From the human T2T-CHM13v2.0 reference genome, Homo sapiens, in the NCBI RefSeq assembly GCF_009914755.1, contig NC_060933.1: a DNA stretch of 64,000 nucleotides; one strand, given 5' to 3'. Numbering within the stretch: the stretch's first letter is position 1; every line of letters begins with the position of its first letter. The notes below the pieces were generated by a model that saw only the letters and a list, made by a program, of their open reading frames with translations, was not told where the DNA came from and made no database searches. This document shows, piece by piece, positions 27,248 through 40,155 of the stretch. The translations under genes were made by a program, and so were the position numbers.

Positions 27248-28015
27248 TAAACAAGTCTGATATAGACCTGTAAACTATATAAGCAACAATGCTGCTTGAC
27301 TCTTTACAAATGTGTATGTGCACGTGTGTATAACATAGCCTCCTTTGAGCCCGGGGACAACCTGTGAAGGACCGTTTGTTGTGGGTGAGAGAATTCTTTT
27401 CAATGGCTGAAGTAAAGAGGCAAGATTTGGTGGATCTGATAATGTGAGGTCAGGAGAGAAATGGATCCTGACAGCCAGTTGAGGATTGAGTTTACAATAT
27501 GATCAGCATGTACACATGAGTGTTGTGGCCAGTGCAAATCCCAGATGGAAGAGTCAACTAGAAAATGTGTTCCCTAGTGTCAGAGAAAGTCATCTCATCA
27601 CAGAATGCAAGTCATTCAACCTCATCCCGTGAAGTGAGGCCCTGCTACTTATTAAACACTCAGAGGTGTCTTTAGTGTAAATGCCTTTCATTTGGGAGAA
27701 AACACCTCTGGATGCTCTCATATCACAGATGATGTTTATATAACAATACACATTTCGAATAGGAAGTCTTTGGTAAATGAAAGTGCTTCTTCACCTTCAG
27801 TGACTGCCCCCATCCTTTGGTCCCCCAAGTAATTGCATCTGTGACAGCTGCTTTTTATCTCTGGGAACTCTGAGTCCTCCCTTCTGAAGGAGTTCCCTTT
27901 TGAGCATAAGTTCCAGAGGAGAAAGATGAAGCTCTAATTTTATGGATACTTCATTGTCCTTTTCCTTCTTCATGATATCTTTGAGCTCAAATGCCATCAA
28001 AATCATTTTTTTTTG

Positions 28016-28421
<406 letters not shown>

Positions 28422-29339
28422 TTATTTCAGTAAGACAATTCACATTCCCTTATGGCTCAAATAACATTAATTTATAATGTGTACAACACAAAGAGAGATT
28501 CAGTTTCAACCATGTTTCAAATTCAAATATGAGAATAATGCTTTACTATTCCCTAAAGAGAGGAGCTATTTAACTTGTCCTGTGTTTGCTCTATGAGAGG
28601 CATTAATGGCCTGTCCTCCTCTATCCAGGGATTGATACTACTGTCATATTAGTAGACCACGGCCAGTAGATTGGATTTTATTTTTCTCCAGTGAAGATTT
28701 TCACTCATTTGCCTATTCATTTACCAGGCGGAGGCTGCACGCAAACATCTTGGTAGTATAAGCTGATCAAAAATTTAAGATAGAAAGATTACAAAACTGC
28801 TTTTGAGAGACACCTTCTCCACTTTTTGGATAAAAGGGGGCATGAAATGACTTTCTCTTGGGACCAAACAAAAATTTATGAAAGCTCATTTTGAAGCTTT
28901 TTTTTTTTTTAAATAGAAGCTAAGAGAAATAAGCTCTGGTATTTGGTGAGATAAAAAGCAAACCCAGCAAGCAAGTGACAGTTTAATCTTAGTGTCAGCT
29001 TCAAGTTAACATTAAGTGTCTGTGTTAAAGACTTGGAAAGCCTTTACAGAACAGACAGATGTGTGAACATGTGTGGCCACAGATAGAGTCCTGTGTGAGT
29101 GAAGTCTCCAGGCTCAGAAGTCAGACTTGGGAGCTGGGTGACTATGAACAAGTCATGCCACCCCTTGGAACCGCAGTTTTCTCAGAGGTAAAACATGCAT
29201 ATGACTTCCCATAGCCACTGCTGAGAGAATTACATGAGATGACTTTCGGGTGTGTGGCACAGAGTGGGTACTACAAAAGTTCCACTTTCTTGTTTTCCTT
29301 CTCTACCATCTCTGAGGCCCTTAGTTTCCTGCACTGAAA

Positions 29340-29373
<34 letters not shown>

Positions 29374-29395
29374 ACACACACACACACACACACGC
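29340..29395. repeat. Compound (TC)n(AC)n microsatellite
   Basis: Directly visible. Confidence 0.93.
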
Positions 29396-30295
29396 ATAGA
29401 CACTCGCACATACCTAGCACCCCTCGACAGGAGAGACTGCTAGAGCGTTAGTTCAGTGGGCAAGGAGCTACATGCCTGCTCATCTCAAAGGAACCACGTT
29501 TTGGTTGGGACAATACATAGTTTGGGGTTTCCCTGAGCCAGCTGGTTCCTCTGCTCATCCAGGCTCCTTACCTCCTTCAAGAACCTGCTTTCAAAACTCA
29601 CTTTCTCCAGGAACACTTCCCTGAAGGCCCTTCCTCAGGGTTCACACAATGATCTGGATTTCCTGAGGGTCTGGCAAGCCTTGCTTGCCTGCAGCCAGTG
29701 CTCACTGTGTCCAGTGCCGTGCCTGCTGTACATCCACCAGGGCGCTTGCCATGCCAGAAGGCCACTTACATGAATGTGCGCTCTCACTGCTTCAGGAATG
29801 AGGGCCATGTCCCTTCAGTTGGGGATTCAAATGCTCCAGGAAGCCCCTCTCCTGCCCCGCTTGGTGCCTCACCAAGAGCGGTTAGTGAATCTGGCCAGGG
29901 CAGTGGTGCTTATACCCTATGGCAGTGTGCCCCTCCAGGGCCACCTCAGAGGAGACCCCGGTGGCCTCTGATCCAGCCTCTTCACCAGCCTCCTGAATAC
30001 TTCAGCCAGAACATCTAAAAGCTGCTCTTGATGATGCTTTTTTGTACTTCTTTGTTGAAAGTGTTGGACACTAGGACTGGGATTGAGTTGCATTTAGAGT
30101 TTAATTTGGAGAGAACTGACATCTTTATAATAGCATTTATTTAGATCTTTTATGTTCTTCAGAAATGATGATTGTGATGATTTTTGCCATAAAGTTCTTA
30201 AATATTTCTTTTGGGTTAATCTTTGGTATTTTATGGTTTTGTTGCATTTGTGAGTGGGGTCTTCATTGCTTTCATGTTTAAATAATCCTTTAGTT

Positions 30296-30641
30296 CACCA
30301 GTCCCCAGCGTTTTTGACACCAGGGATTGGCTTTTGTGGAAGACAATTTTTCCATGGGTGGGTGTGGGGTGAGTGGTGGGGATGGTTTCAGGATGAAACT
30401 GTTCCACTTCAGATCATCAGGCATTAGATTCTCATAAGGAGCCGCAACCTAGATCCTCACATGCACAGTTCACCATAGAGTTCACGCTCCTTTGAGAACT
30501 GAATGCCTCCTCTGATCTGACAGGAGGTGGAGCTCAGGCGGTCATGCTCACCCACTGGCTGCTCACCTCCTGCTGTGTGGCCCAGTTCCTAATGGACCAT
30601 GAACTGGTACCAGTCCATGGCCTGGGGGTTGGGGACCCCTG
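30296..30641. mobile_element. MER1B hAT-Charlie DNA transposon
   Basis: Termini ca..gtcccc / ggggacccctg; internal gatgaaactgttccac...gcattagattctcataaggagc; perfect 8-bp TSD ctttagtt at 30288-30295 and 30642-30649. Confidence 0.92.
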
Positions 30642-31434
30642 CTTTAGTTCGATTACAGGTGCATTAGGTGAGAATTATTCCTACTCCTATGTTTCTTAAG
30701 GTGTCTAGTGCATGAATTTATTAAATATTGGTATTAGTAATACAACTGTTGTTACAATGAAAAAATGTAAATGAAAATTTGAATCTACACAAGGAAGGAG
30801 AAATTACTATAATTGTAGGAGAGTGTACAAGAGCCCACAGAAAATAAGTAAGAACCTTCATTTTTTTTGCAATTTCCTTCTCAAACTCAACACCAAATTG
30901 AGGTGGATGTTATTTTACAGGTGTTTGATTTTGTAAAAGGAATGAATGGTTAAAACAATAAACATCTTAGCTTCTTGTTGCGATGATAATTCTCTGAACA
31001 TATAAAATTAGGCCTGGGGAATGTAATAAAGGAAAGAACAGTGTATTAAAGAGAAGAAAATGAAAGGAAACGAGAGAAGAACAAAGCATTTGGATGGAAG
31101 AGAGGAACAAGGAGATGGAAGAACTCATCAGGAAGGTGTGAGGCAGACAGCAAACATTTCCCATTGCAGCAGTGACTCCAGGACTAGAGAGAGATATATT
31201 CCATTATGCAGCAAATACTGACCAAGCACCTACATAATAACATCATTGCTGTGCTGGTACTATACAATGGTGGCCAAACCAGATCTGATCACTCTTCATA
31301 GCTGCAAGAGAACCATCAAGTAAATAGAACTTTGTTGGTCACTACAACAGAGCCCTTTGACAGGGCATGGATTAAGAAAATCTACATGGCTAGAGACATA
31401 TAGTTCCCTAGCAGAAAAATTATAAAGGCAAGTA

Positions 31435-32200
31435 CTCATTCAATTCATTTAGCAAATATGTACTGGGGCCCACTTGTGCCAGACACTAGGGATAGAGCCA
31501 AGCCTGCCCTGAGTCCTGCTCTGTTGGAGGAATAAGGGTAGAGACAGGCAGCATACAACAAATACATACGTTCACGGGGACAAGTGTTAAGGAGAATGCA
31601 GAGCAGGGAGAGGGAGAGTGAGAACTCGGATTCACTTTCATTGTTTTGCTTCTGATATTTTCAAAAGGTTGACTGAGTAAGGCCTCTGATCAGGTGACAT
31701 GTGAAGGCTGACTTGAAGGAGGGGAGACCAGGAGCCAACTGGATATCTAGAAAAAGGGGGAACATGTCTAAGGGCCCTGAGGCAGGAGTGTGCTTGGGAT
31801 TTGGAAGGAGCTGCTAGGCAGTCAGAGAAGCAGAACAAGGGAAATGACATGTGAGAGAAAAGAGAGAAGGGTAGAGAAATGAGGAGACAGGAAGGAGGGG
31901 AGACGAGGGGGCAAAGCAGGGGAGGAAGGGAGGAAGGTGAGAGACGGGCAGAGAGAGATGAGGGAGAGGAAGGAGGGGAAGGAGGGGAAACGAGGGCAGA
32001 GAAGAGGGAAGGAGGGGTGAGAGAAGAGAAGAGAGGATAGGAGGAAGAGAGGAGGCGGGAGGGGAAAGGCGGAAGGAGGTAGAGTGGGAAGTTGCAGGGG
32101 TTCTGGGGCCGCTGTACGCTCTAGGGCTTTTGCTCTTGGTGAGATGGTTTTGAGCAGAGGTGGGGTGTGATCTGACTTACATTTTAGGGGATCCAGGATT
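31435..32200 (-). mobile_element. L2 interrupted by a purine-rich low-complexity tract
   Basis: cattcaattcatttagcaaatatgtactg..., ggccctgaggcaggagtgtgcttgg, gatctgacttacatttta. Confidence 0.7.
31852..32090. repeat. GA-rich polypurine low-complexity tract (~240 bp)
   Basis: Almost pure G/A on the plus strand. Confidence 0.9.
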
Positions 32201-32924
32201 CTTCTATGGACAAGTTTGGGGCATGCCTTTTCTGGGGAAAGATTCAGGGCCACTGTGAAATAAATTGGACTCATGGGTCAGCAGACAGCCCTTCAGAAAG
32301 AGGGAAAAGGGGAACTTCCATCTCTTCCCTATAAATTGAGAACTCAAGAAGACTGGACAAAGTTACTAGGGATGGGAAGAAGAAGGTGAACACATTTGAC
32401 TCTAACTGGGCTCTACTATGGAGTTACATAATGTGGTCCTGGGAAAATAGATTTCCCCAAATCGATCTCATCTGAGAAGCATGACACTTGTGAGGAACTG
32501 CTGATGAGAGGTGGGGGGAACAGAGAGTATTAAGCAGCAGGGCTGGCTCTGACAACCTGCATTAAAAAGCTGACTCTACTATCCTAGGACTGTGGCTTCA
32601 GGCAGGTAAGAAAACCACTTGGGGTCTCAGTTTCTTCATCTATAAAATGAGGATAACAGATTCTCTCTCATGGGCTTGCTGAGAGAATTGAGTGAGATAA
32701 TGTTTGCAAAGCACAGTACCTGGTACCTAGTAAGTGCTCAAATGTGAAAACCAAACACTATTATTATCACTATTACTCTCTGGAGCAAGCAAGATTCTAT
32801 ACTGAGGTCCTTTTCTGTCCATTTCTTAATAACATTTAGCATTTAACTGGCACTTATTCTCTGCCAGGCCTTGTTGTAAGTGCTTTTCATATACTAGCTC
32901 ACATACTCTTCATTTGTTTTAGTT

Positions 32925-33058
32925 TCCTTTTTTTCTAATTTAGAGAAAGAGGTCTTGCTATGTTGCCCAGGCTGCTCTTGTACTCCTAAGCTCAAGTGAT
33001 CGTTCTGCCTTAGCCTCCAGAGTAGCTGGGATTACAGGTGTGTGCCAACATGCCCAGT
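32925..33058 (-). mobile_element. FLAM (Alu monomer) inserted in a MIR
   Basis: gaggtcttgctatgttgcccaggctg...gtagctgggattacagg; TSD ataYtagctcRcatact at 32891 and 33061. Confidence 0.85.
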
Positions 33059-33310
33059 GTATATTAGCTCGCATACTATTAAAACAACCCTATGAGGTAG
33101 GTATTATTACTCTCTTTCTACAAATGAGGAGGTTGAGGCACAGAGAGGATAAACAAATCATCCAAGGTCACACACCTAGTGAAGGACAGAGCTGGGACTA
33201 GAACCCATGGGGGTCTAGTTTCAGTCAATCCTCACTCTTATTAAATGCTGTACTAGACTACCTCTCTGCTCATTCACTGCTCATAGTTCTTTATCAAAGA
33301 CAGGAAACAA

Positions 33311-33443
33311 GCTGGGTATGGTGTCTTGTACCTGTAGTCCCACCTACTCAGGAGGCTGAGGTGGGAGGATCACTTGAGCCCAGGATTTCAAGTCTAGCCT
33401 GGGCAACATACCAAGACCCTGTTTCTAAAAACAAACAAAAACA
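33311..33443 (+). mobile_element. FLAM (Alu monomer)
   Basis: gctgggtatggtg...cctgtagtccca...gaggatcacttgagcccagg...A-rich tail. Confidence 0.85.
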
Positions 33444-35094
33444 ACTGATAAAAAACAATTTTCATCTTGAATCATGTATGGGATCTTCTGTGTTTGGTTT
33501 CCTACTACTCAGCAGATGGAGAGAATGGCTTTGGAACCAGATCAATGTCGGTAGAGATATAACATCCATCTGGGCAGGTCACCAAGCTGCCCTGGGCCTT
33601 GGTATTTATCCATGAAGTGGGGATGATGAGATATATAAGAGACAAGTGTTCAATAAGTGGAAGCTACTATTGCCAATAGTGATAATGCTACACTTTGTTC
33701 AGTAAAAATACTACCATATAGTAGACCCTCACTTTTTAACAACTTTGTTATCTCTTTGTTCAAGGTGGTAATTTTCACCCCTGAATTTCTACTAGTCATT
33801 TGCCTTGTGGTGACTGTGATTGATCACCAGAAAAGACTGTGGTATTCCTTTCTCTGAAGTCTTTGGGAGAACATATATGCCTATATGCCTGCCAAACACA
33901 ACCTGCCAGTTCCTGTCTAGAGATGGCAGCCTGGGCTGCAGAAGCTTTAGAAGCAGTTCAAGACCACGCATTTTACAATTTTCACTTCTTTGAACTGAAA
34001 CCATCAAGGCACAGGATGAGGAGGACATGAAGGTGGAGAGAGGAAGATATCACCATTTTTTCTCTATGCTCCTCTTTCCCCAAAAAGGTCAATCCTAAAC
34101 ATCTTTATCCCCAGCATTCTATTTTCTTCTCCTTGTCCCAAACCAGAGGAAGAGAGAGCTTTTAAAAAACCCTCTCTGGCAAAAGAGGTTCTTTAAGTCT
34201 TCCTAAGTAGAAGTGGTAGCAGTAGTAGTAGTAATAATAATATCAATAACAATAATAATAAAATCCATCCCTGGTCCAGGGATAGGTCAGAGCTCTTGTG
34301 ATTTAAGCTGGTGTCTACACCAGGAGAACAAGGAATGCTGGGTTGGACATGGGGTTACACAAGGAGGCAGAGTAGCAGAAAAGAACTACAAACAGACTGT
34401 GAGTCAGGCAGATACAGGTTCAAATTCTGGCTCTGCCATTTACTTCTTGTGTCACCTTGCCTTAGTGGGGCATAGAGCCATAGCCTCTTTACATGTCAGT
34501 GTCCTCTGAATGATGGAGTAGGGCTCATGGAAGGATTAATGAGATGGTTTATATAAAGCACTCAGCATAGTGCCTGGCCTACAGAAAGTACTCTGCAAAT
34601 GTTGGTTGGTGCTATCATTTTGAGACAAATGGTAGGAGAAGATACTTCTCACTGCAAAACTGCAACATCCAGCATCCTTGTTTTTAGGTTCATGAAGATG
34701 TACCCCTGAGCAAATATAAAGGCTTGTTTAGAGAAAATGTTAAAATCAATATAGGACACTGAATTTATTAGAAAGATCAATTCAGATAGCCATCCTGTGA
34801 TCTCAAAGACCAATAATTCTAGTTCCCCAAGGTTTTCTTATAAAAGAAAGAAAATATTTATTCCAACCATTCATCTGCCTTAAGCAGATTCCATCTTTTC
34901 ATGAACAATGTCCTGTTCAGAGTTTTGTGTCCCTGAAAAGGCACTGTTCAGCTATGTTTGAACTAAACCTTCACCTAGTCAGGCCAACTTTGTCCCCCCT
35001 ACATAATGTGGTCCATCCAGAGCACACCAAGGAACAATGAACAGTGGAACCAATAAACAATGTATGTCACTGAAACAGACTGGATCACATCCAA

Positions 35095-35623
35095 GGTGGT
35101 TTCACCATGTTCTTTGGTATTCCTCCCTTTGAGAAGTGAAGTCTAATTTTGTCCCCATGAGTCTGGGCTGGACTTAGTGACTGCCTGACTGATTGAATGC
35201 AGTACAACTGACATCCTGGGATTTCCCAGGCTAGGTCATATAAAGCCTTGCAGCTTCTGCTTGGTCTTCCTGGAAGGTTTGCTCTTGGAACCCTTAACTA
35301 CCATATAAAACATGTTAGTCTATCCACATGGAAAGGTCCTGAGACCACAGGGGGAATCAGGGGACCCAGTTGAGCCCAGCTTTCCACTGTGCCTTCCTTT
35401 GTAGGTGTTAAGCTTGAGTGAGGTCCTTTCAGACCTTCTAACCTACCCATCTACCAGCTAAATACCATCAAATGACCTCCAATGATGCCACATGGAACAG
35501 AAAACTCACCCAGGTAATCCCTGCTCAAATTCCGAATCCACAAAATTATGAGTAATAAGATGGTGGCAGTTATAAGCCACTAAGTCTTGGGGTGCTTTGT
35601 TACACATCAACAGATAATAAAAC
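35095..35623 (+). mobile_element. MaLR solo LTR (MLT1-type)
   Basis: gagtctgggctggacttagtgactg..., taagccactaagtcttggggtgctttgttacacatcaacagataa. Confidence 0.75.
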
Positions 35624-36571
35624 GCAAACACTGCTGGACTCTTGTGACTCAGGCTCAGAGGCGGAACCAACCACTAATGAAGGCTTTTGGCAAGGGCTCA
35701 TTCACTGGATTTTGGAAGACAACAACACCTGAGTGGCACAGATGAGACAAAGGGGAATGTGTTTCTGTAGGCCATCTGTCCTAGATGCTGCTTTCAAATG
35801 AATTTGAATAGTTCCCTTTTGAACATACACCAAATGCCAGTAGTGCCAATGCACTACCCAGCCAGGTGAACACCAGTGACATGAACGAACTGTTCTTTAG
35901 TGCTACAAGGAAGCTACTGACTGCAGCGTTCATGCCATCAACTTGGTGATGTAACTAGCATGCTCTTTGTTGTTAGAAGGTGACAGTTTGGCACAAGGAC
36001 ATGTGAATTCAAGTGATTAGATGCAAACTAAGAGAGATGACTATTTCTGAGAGCTGTGGGTTAATTTTTTGGCTGTTCTCGGAATGGAAAATGATTGTGA
36101 ATTTTGGGGGAAAAATACCAGAGCAATCTGTTTTCTTGGCCGCCTGCTATGGAGCAATTTTAAAGCATTGAAGTGCTTTCCATATTTTCTAATCACTCAA
36201 GTCCAGAGCTGATTATGGCTCTCAGCATCTCTCAGATTCACACCACTGTAGCCTCCCACATCTTTCAGGGAGAGGTTTCACCTTGAAAGCAGGTGCCTGG
36301 ATTCAGGAGGCACATCTTGCTACAGCAGGAATACAGTTTAATTGTAGCACAGCTCCACAAGGGCCAGGCGTTTTGGAAAATCACTGATGGCCCAACTCTG
36401 AGACAACCTAGATTCACTTTCCCTTATCTCACAAAAACAAAACATAACCTCTTCTCCAAACAGAAAAAACAAAAACAAGCCCTACCAGAAACTGAATTCT
36501 TCCAAACAAAAACCAGGAACATTTAGATTTTTGAGACCTGTGGGCAAGGACATGACCACATTCACAGGCGT

Positions 36572-36572
<1 letters not shown>

Positions 36573-36610
<38 letters not shown>
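36573..36610. repeat. (CA)n microsatellite, ~19 units
   Basis: Directly visible. Confidence 0.95.
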
Positions 36611-36613
<3 letters not shown>

Positions 36614-36819
36614 GCATATGATTAAACATCTCTAGAAGGAGCTTCATGAAACTGGAAACTGTGGTTTCCTCTGTGGAGAATTGGGGAACTGGAGAAAATT
36701 AGAGGGTTGATGAAGGAAGAAGACATTTTTTTTCACCTTAATCTTTGGAATATTTTGAATTTTTAAAAATCATATATTGTGTTACTTTTCAAAATAATGA
36801 AGTAGAATAATTCCAAACC

Positions 36820-37070
36820 TGCATATGGCAATTAAGATGTGCTAGGCTGTGTATTTAACGCTTTGTGTATATTCACATTTTAATCCTTACAATAACACTA
36901 TGATGCAGACATCATTATGTATTTTCCTGATTTTACAGATGAGGAAACTGAGATACGGAAAGATTAGGTGACTTGTCCGAGGTCACACAGCTAGTAAATG
37001 CAGAACTGGGATCTGGACCCAGAGTCTGGTTCGGGAGTCTGTCGTTTTAATTGCTACATAATACTGCCTT
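36820..37070 (-). mobile_element. MIR
   Basis: ttttacagatgaggaaactgag...gtgacttgtccgaggtcacacagctagtaa. Confidence 0.85.
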
Positions 37071-37620
37071 GCCCAAAATAAACATACTCAGGCCCTTTAT
37101 CATACTTGAGTTGGAGTAGATAAAATTGTTCCTTTCTTCTCTCGCATGGTCAATATCAGGTCAATATCATGACTTTGAACAAGTTGCCTAATCTTCCTGA
37201 GCCTTCATCGCTAGTATGTACCAGGTATTCTTCTAGGCTTTGTGGGTAACTAGTGAATAAAATAGAGTCCCTGGTCTCAAGAAACTTCCTGTATCCTGGC
37301 AGAAACAGGCAATAAATAAACAATCACAGAAACCATGATATAAGCAGTAAAGAAAAATTAAAGGTTCATTGGCAGATGAGGATTGGGAACCCTGATTTAT
37401 GCTGAATGGTCAGGAAGTATTTACACAGAGTGCTGAAAAATGGGCAGGAGTAACGCAGGGAAAAATGGAAGGGGGTGGGGGAAAGGAAAATATTATAGTG
37501 GAGAGAACAGCCTATGGAAAAACCTGGGGCAGGGAAGGGGTGTTTGTCTGAAGACAGAAAGGTCTGTGTGACTAAAACAGAGTGAAATTGAGTTTGGAGC
37601 AAGAGGCAGATCATGTAGAC

Positions 37621-37914
37621 CAGCGGTCCCCAAGCTTTTCTACACCAGACACTGGGTCTTGGGGAAGACAATTTTTCCATGGCCAGGTCAAGGAGGATGA
37701 TTTGGGGATGAAACTGTTCCACCTCGGATCATCAGGCATTAAATTCGAATAAGGAGCACACAACCTAGATCTCTCATGCACAGTTCACAATAGGGTTCGG
37801 CCCCCTGTGAGAATCTAATGCAAATGCTGATTTGAGAGGAGGGGGAGCTCAGGCGGTAATGCCTGCTGTCCTCCTGCTGGTACCAGTCCGTGGTCTGGGG
37901 GTTGGGGACCCCTG
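37621..37914. mobile_element. MER1B hAT-Charlie DNA transposon (internally deleted)
   Basis: cagcggtcccc...ggggacccctg; same internal motifs as the 30296 copy; degenerate TSD atgtagac/tcatagac. Confidence 0.9.
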
Positions 37915-37957
37915 TCATAGACCATGATTTGGCTCACGTCCCACCCTCCAACTGCCA

Positions 37958-38324
37958 TCTAACATGTTTGAATTGTGCATCCTATCAGCAAAATTTTTAA
38001 ATGTATATAAATAGGTATCTATATTCATATCTATATCTATATTCCTATTATATATAGATACAAGTACTAAAACATGAACAGAAACATTTTCAAAAATAGA
38101 AGCTAAGAAGAATGACAACGTAAATGATGAAGGTGCTGATATTTTCTCCTTGCTTCCCAAAGGATCGTCTTGCATATCTCCTGATCTACCTCATCTTCAC
38201 CCCGGGACTACAGCTCTAATCCAGAAAGCAGTATGGCCTGTTTTAAGTGAGATTCAAAGAAACAGAACCATGAGAACTCTCCTGACTTTGAGGGGGGCTC
38301 CTTTTGCACAAACTACTAGTTGTG
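37958..38324 (+). repeat. Copy 1 of a ~365-bp direct duplication (partner 40717-41076)
   Basis: Colinear alignment throughout; the last 59 bp are 58/59 identical to 41018-41076. Confidence 0.93.
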
Positions 38325-40155
38325 CAAGGATTTCACAATTTTCCTAAGAGCCCTGGGAAGCCACTGAATGTTATAAGTAGAAATGACATAACCTGATTTA
38401 CTTTTTAAGAAGATTACTTGGGCTGCTGCATGGAACATATGTCTAGGCAGTGGCAATGGAAGAACTGAAAGACCAGCTAGGAAGCTACTGCAGGAATGCA
38501 GGAATGCAGGCAAGCGATGGAGATGGTTTGGAATAAAGTGCTGCAGGAGGGAGAGCAGTAGATACATTTGAGATCCATGTTGGTGGTGCTATATTTTGTG
38601 AAAGTAGAATAATAATGTTAGCTATGAAGCATTATTGTGAAGCATAAGTTTACAGAGGTGAAAATGCTTTGTCAACTGTAAGGTGCCAAAGATAACTATT
38701 AATATTACTATAGATGATGAAACCAAATACTAGAGAGACCCTAACTTGCCCAAAGTCACACAACTGCTTAGTAGTTGGGAGGAAGGAGTTAAAGCAGTCG
38801 GCCTGCAATCTCTTTACTCCCTTCTCTGGGGGTATATCCCAGGGGAAAGAAAAGAAGGCTCATGACCAGGTCTAACATCCTTGTCAAATGGACCTCCGTG
38901 TAGATAGAGTAATGATATTTAGGATGTCCCTGGCTAAGAATTACCTCTAGTAAACAGATCCCAGGACCTGTGGAGGAAGGCTTCTTGGAGAATATCACAT
39001 CAGCTATACAACTCTCTGTGGTATAACAGGAAGATGATTTGTGATTGAAACGCCCCATGCTCTGCAAGGAGAGGCGACCCTGTGTTCCTTACCTATTATT
39101 CTGAGTGAGGTGCATGTCCAATGAAGGAAGATAGGTCCTTGGGAGCCACTCTTGGGTCACAGATTTTTCTTTACCTCATATGAACTTCTTGATTGCTTAT
39201 ATTCTTGAAATTATTTAGCAAAGCCTTATATTGGGTAAGATCTCTGATTCATACAACATGATTCGACAATCAGATCCCCTGGCTTCATTCAGTGGCACGT
39301 ATCTATTTCCTAGGCTGTATTAGCTCCTGTGTAACATTGAGCCCAATTATAAAGTCCAAGGATGAAGGGAGAACATACTTGGTTATATTTGAACCCCTTA
39401 CTAGTGACAAAACTAATATTTATTTGACACATCCGATATCTATCAACTTGAAAATAATTTTGGGGAATATTTATGCAGCTGAAGAAACACAATGTATTTG
39501 GCCTCATTGTGACTGAGTAACACTGGAAGTACACAATAATGGGTTGTTTGTGATGGTTCATGTGATTACACTGGGAAGTGAGCCAGGCTTTTTGGGTCTC
39601 CAATGACAGCTCCTAAGCAGTTCTCAAAGACAGGGCTTTTTAGATGCATAGATGCTCACCTCCCACCCTCCAATTGCCAAAGGATCAGTACACTCTCAAC
39701 GTTCTGCCATGAACATCACTCCCCAAACCACTCATGGACCTCCTAAATCATAGAGTTCTTTTTCTCTCTTTTTTAAGGTGCACAATTTATCTTCACACAC
39801 AATTTTGTTTTGAAACTTAGAAATGATGACAAAAGAGAACTGTTACTTCAGCTGGAAGGGAGGGAAACCTTTTTGTCCTCTCTGCTTCATAACAAACTAT
39901 ATTTATGCTGGAGGCATCAAAAGATAGAATCAGCACACGGACCTCACATCCTACTCCTGGTACAAAAAACACTGATGGTGAACTGAGCTGTTGCAGATAA
40001 AGCACGTCAAAGGGCCAGGGCTGCTTCTGGCAGAAGCTAAACAAGAGGAGGCTGGCAGGCGTGCATGACGACAGCACAAACATGTTTTATGCAGAGAAGC
40101 CTTTTGGCATCCTTTTCCCCCCAAACAAGTTCCCAAACCAAAGCTTGATGTTTAC

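Larger units (their letters stand above)
37210..38590 (-). mobile_element. L2 interrupted by MER1B and by a locally templated ~400-bp insert
   Basis: L2 sequence ...gcagatcatgtagac / catg resumes at 38325 as caaggattt...gggaagccactgaatg...gatttactttt. Confidence 0.7.

Noticed and set aside
31822-32274. 150-aa Pro/Ser/Leu-rich ORF
   Set aside because: Product of the polypurine tract and L2.
37958-38320. Helitron-like ends (A|TC ... CTAG|T) on duplication copy 1
   Set aside because: Homology with copy 2 continues past CTAG, an extra 26-bp templated piece precedes the TC, and there is no proper subterminal GC hairpin.
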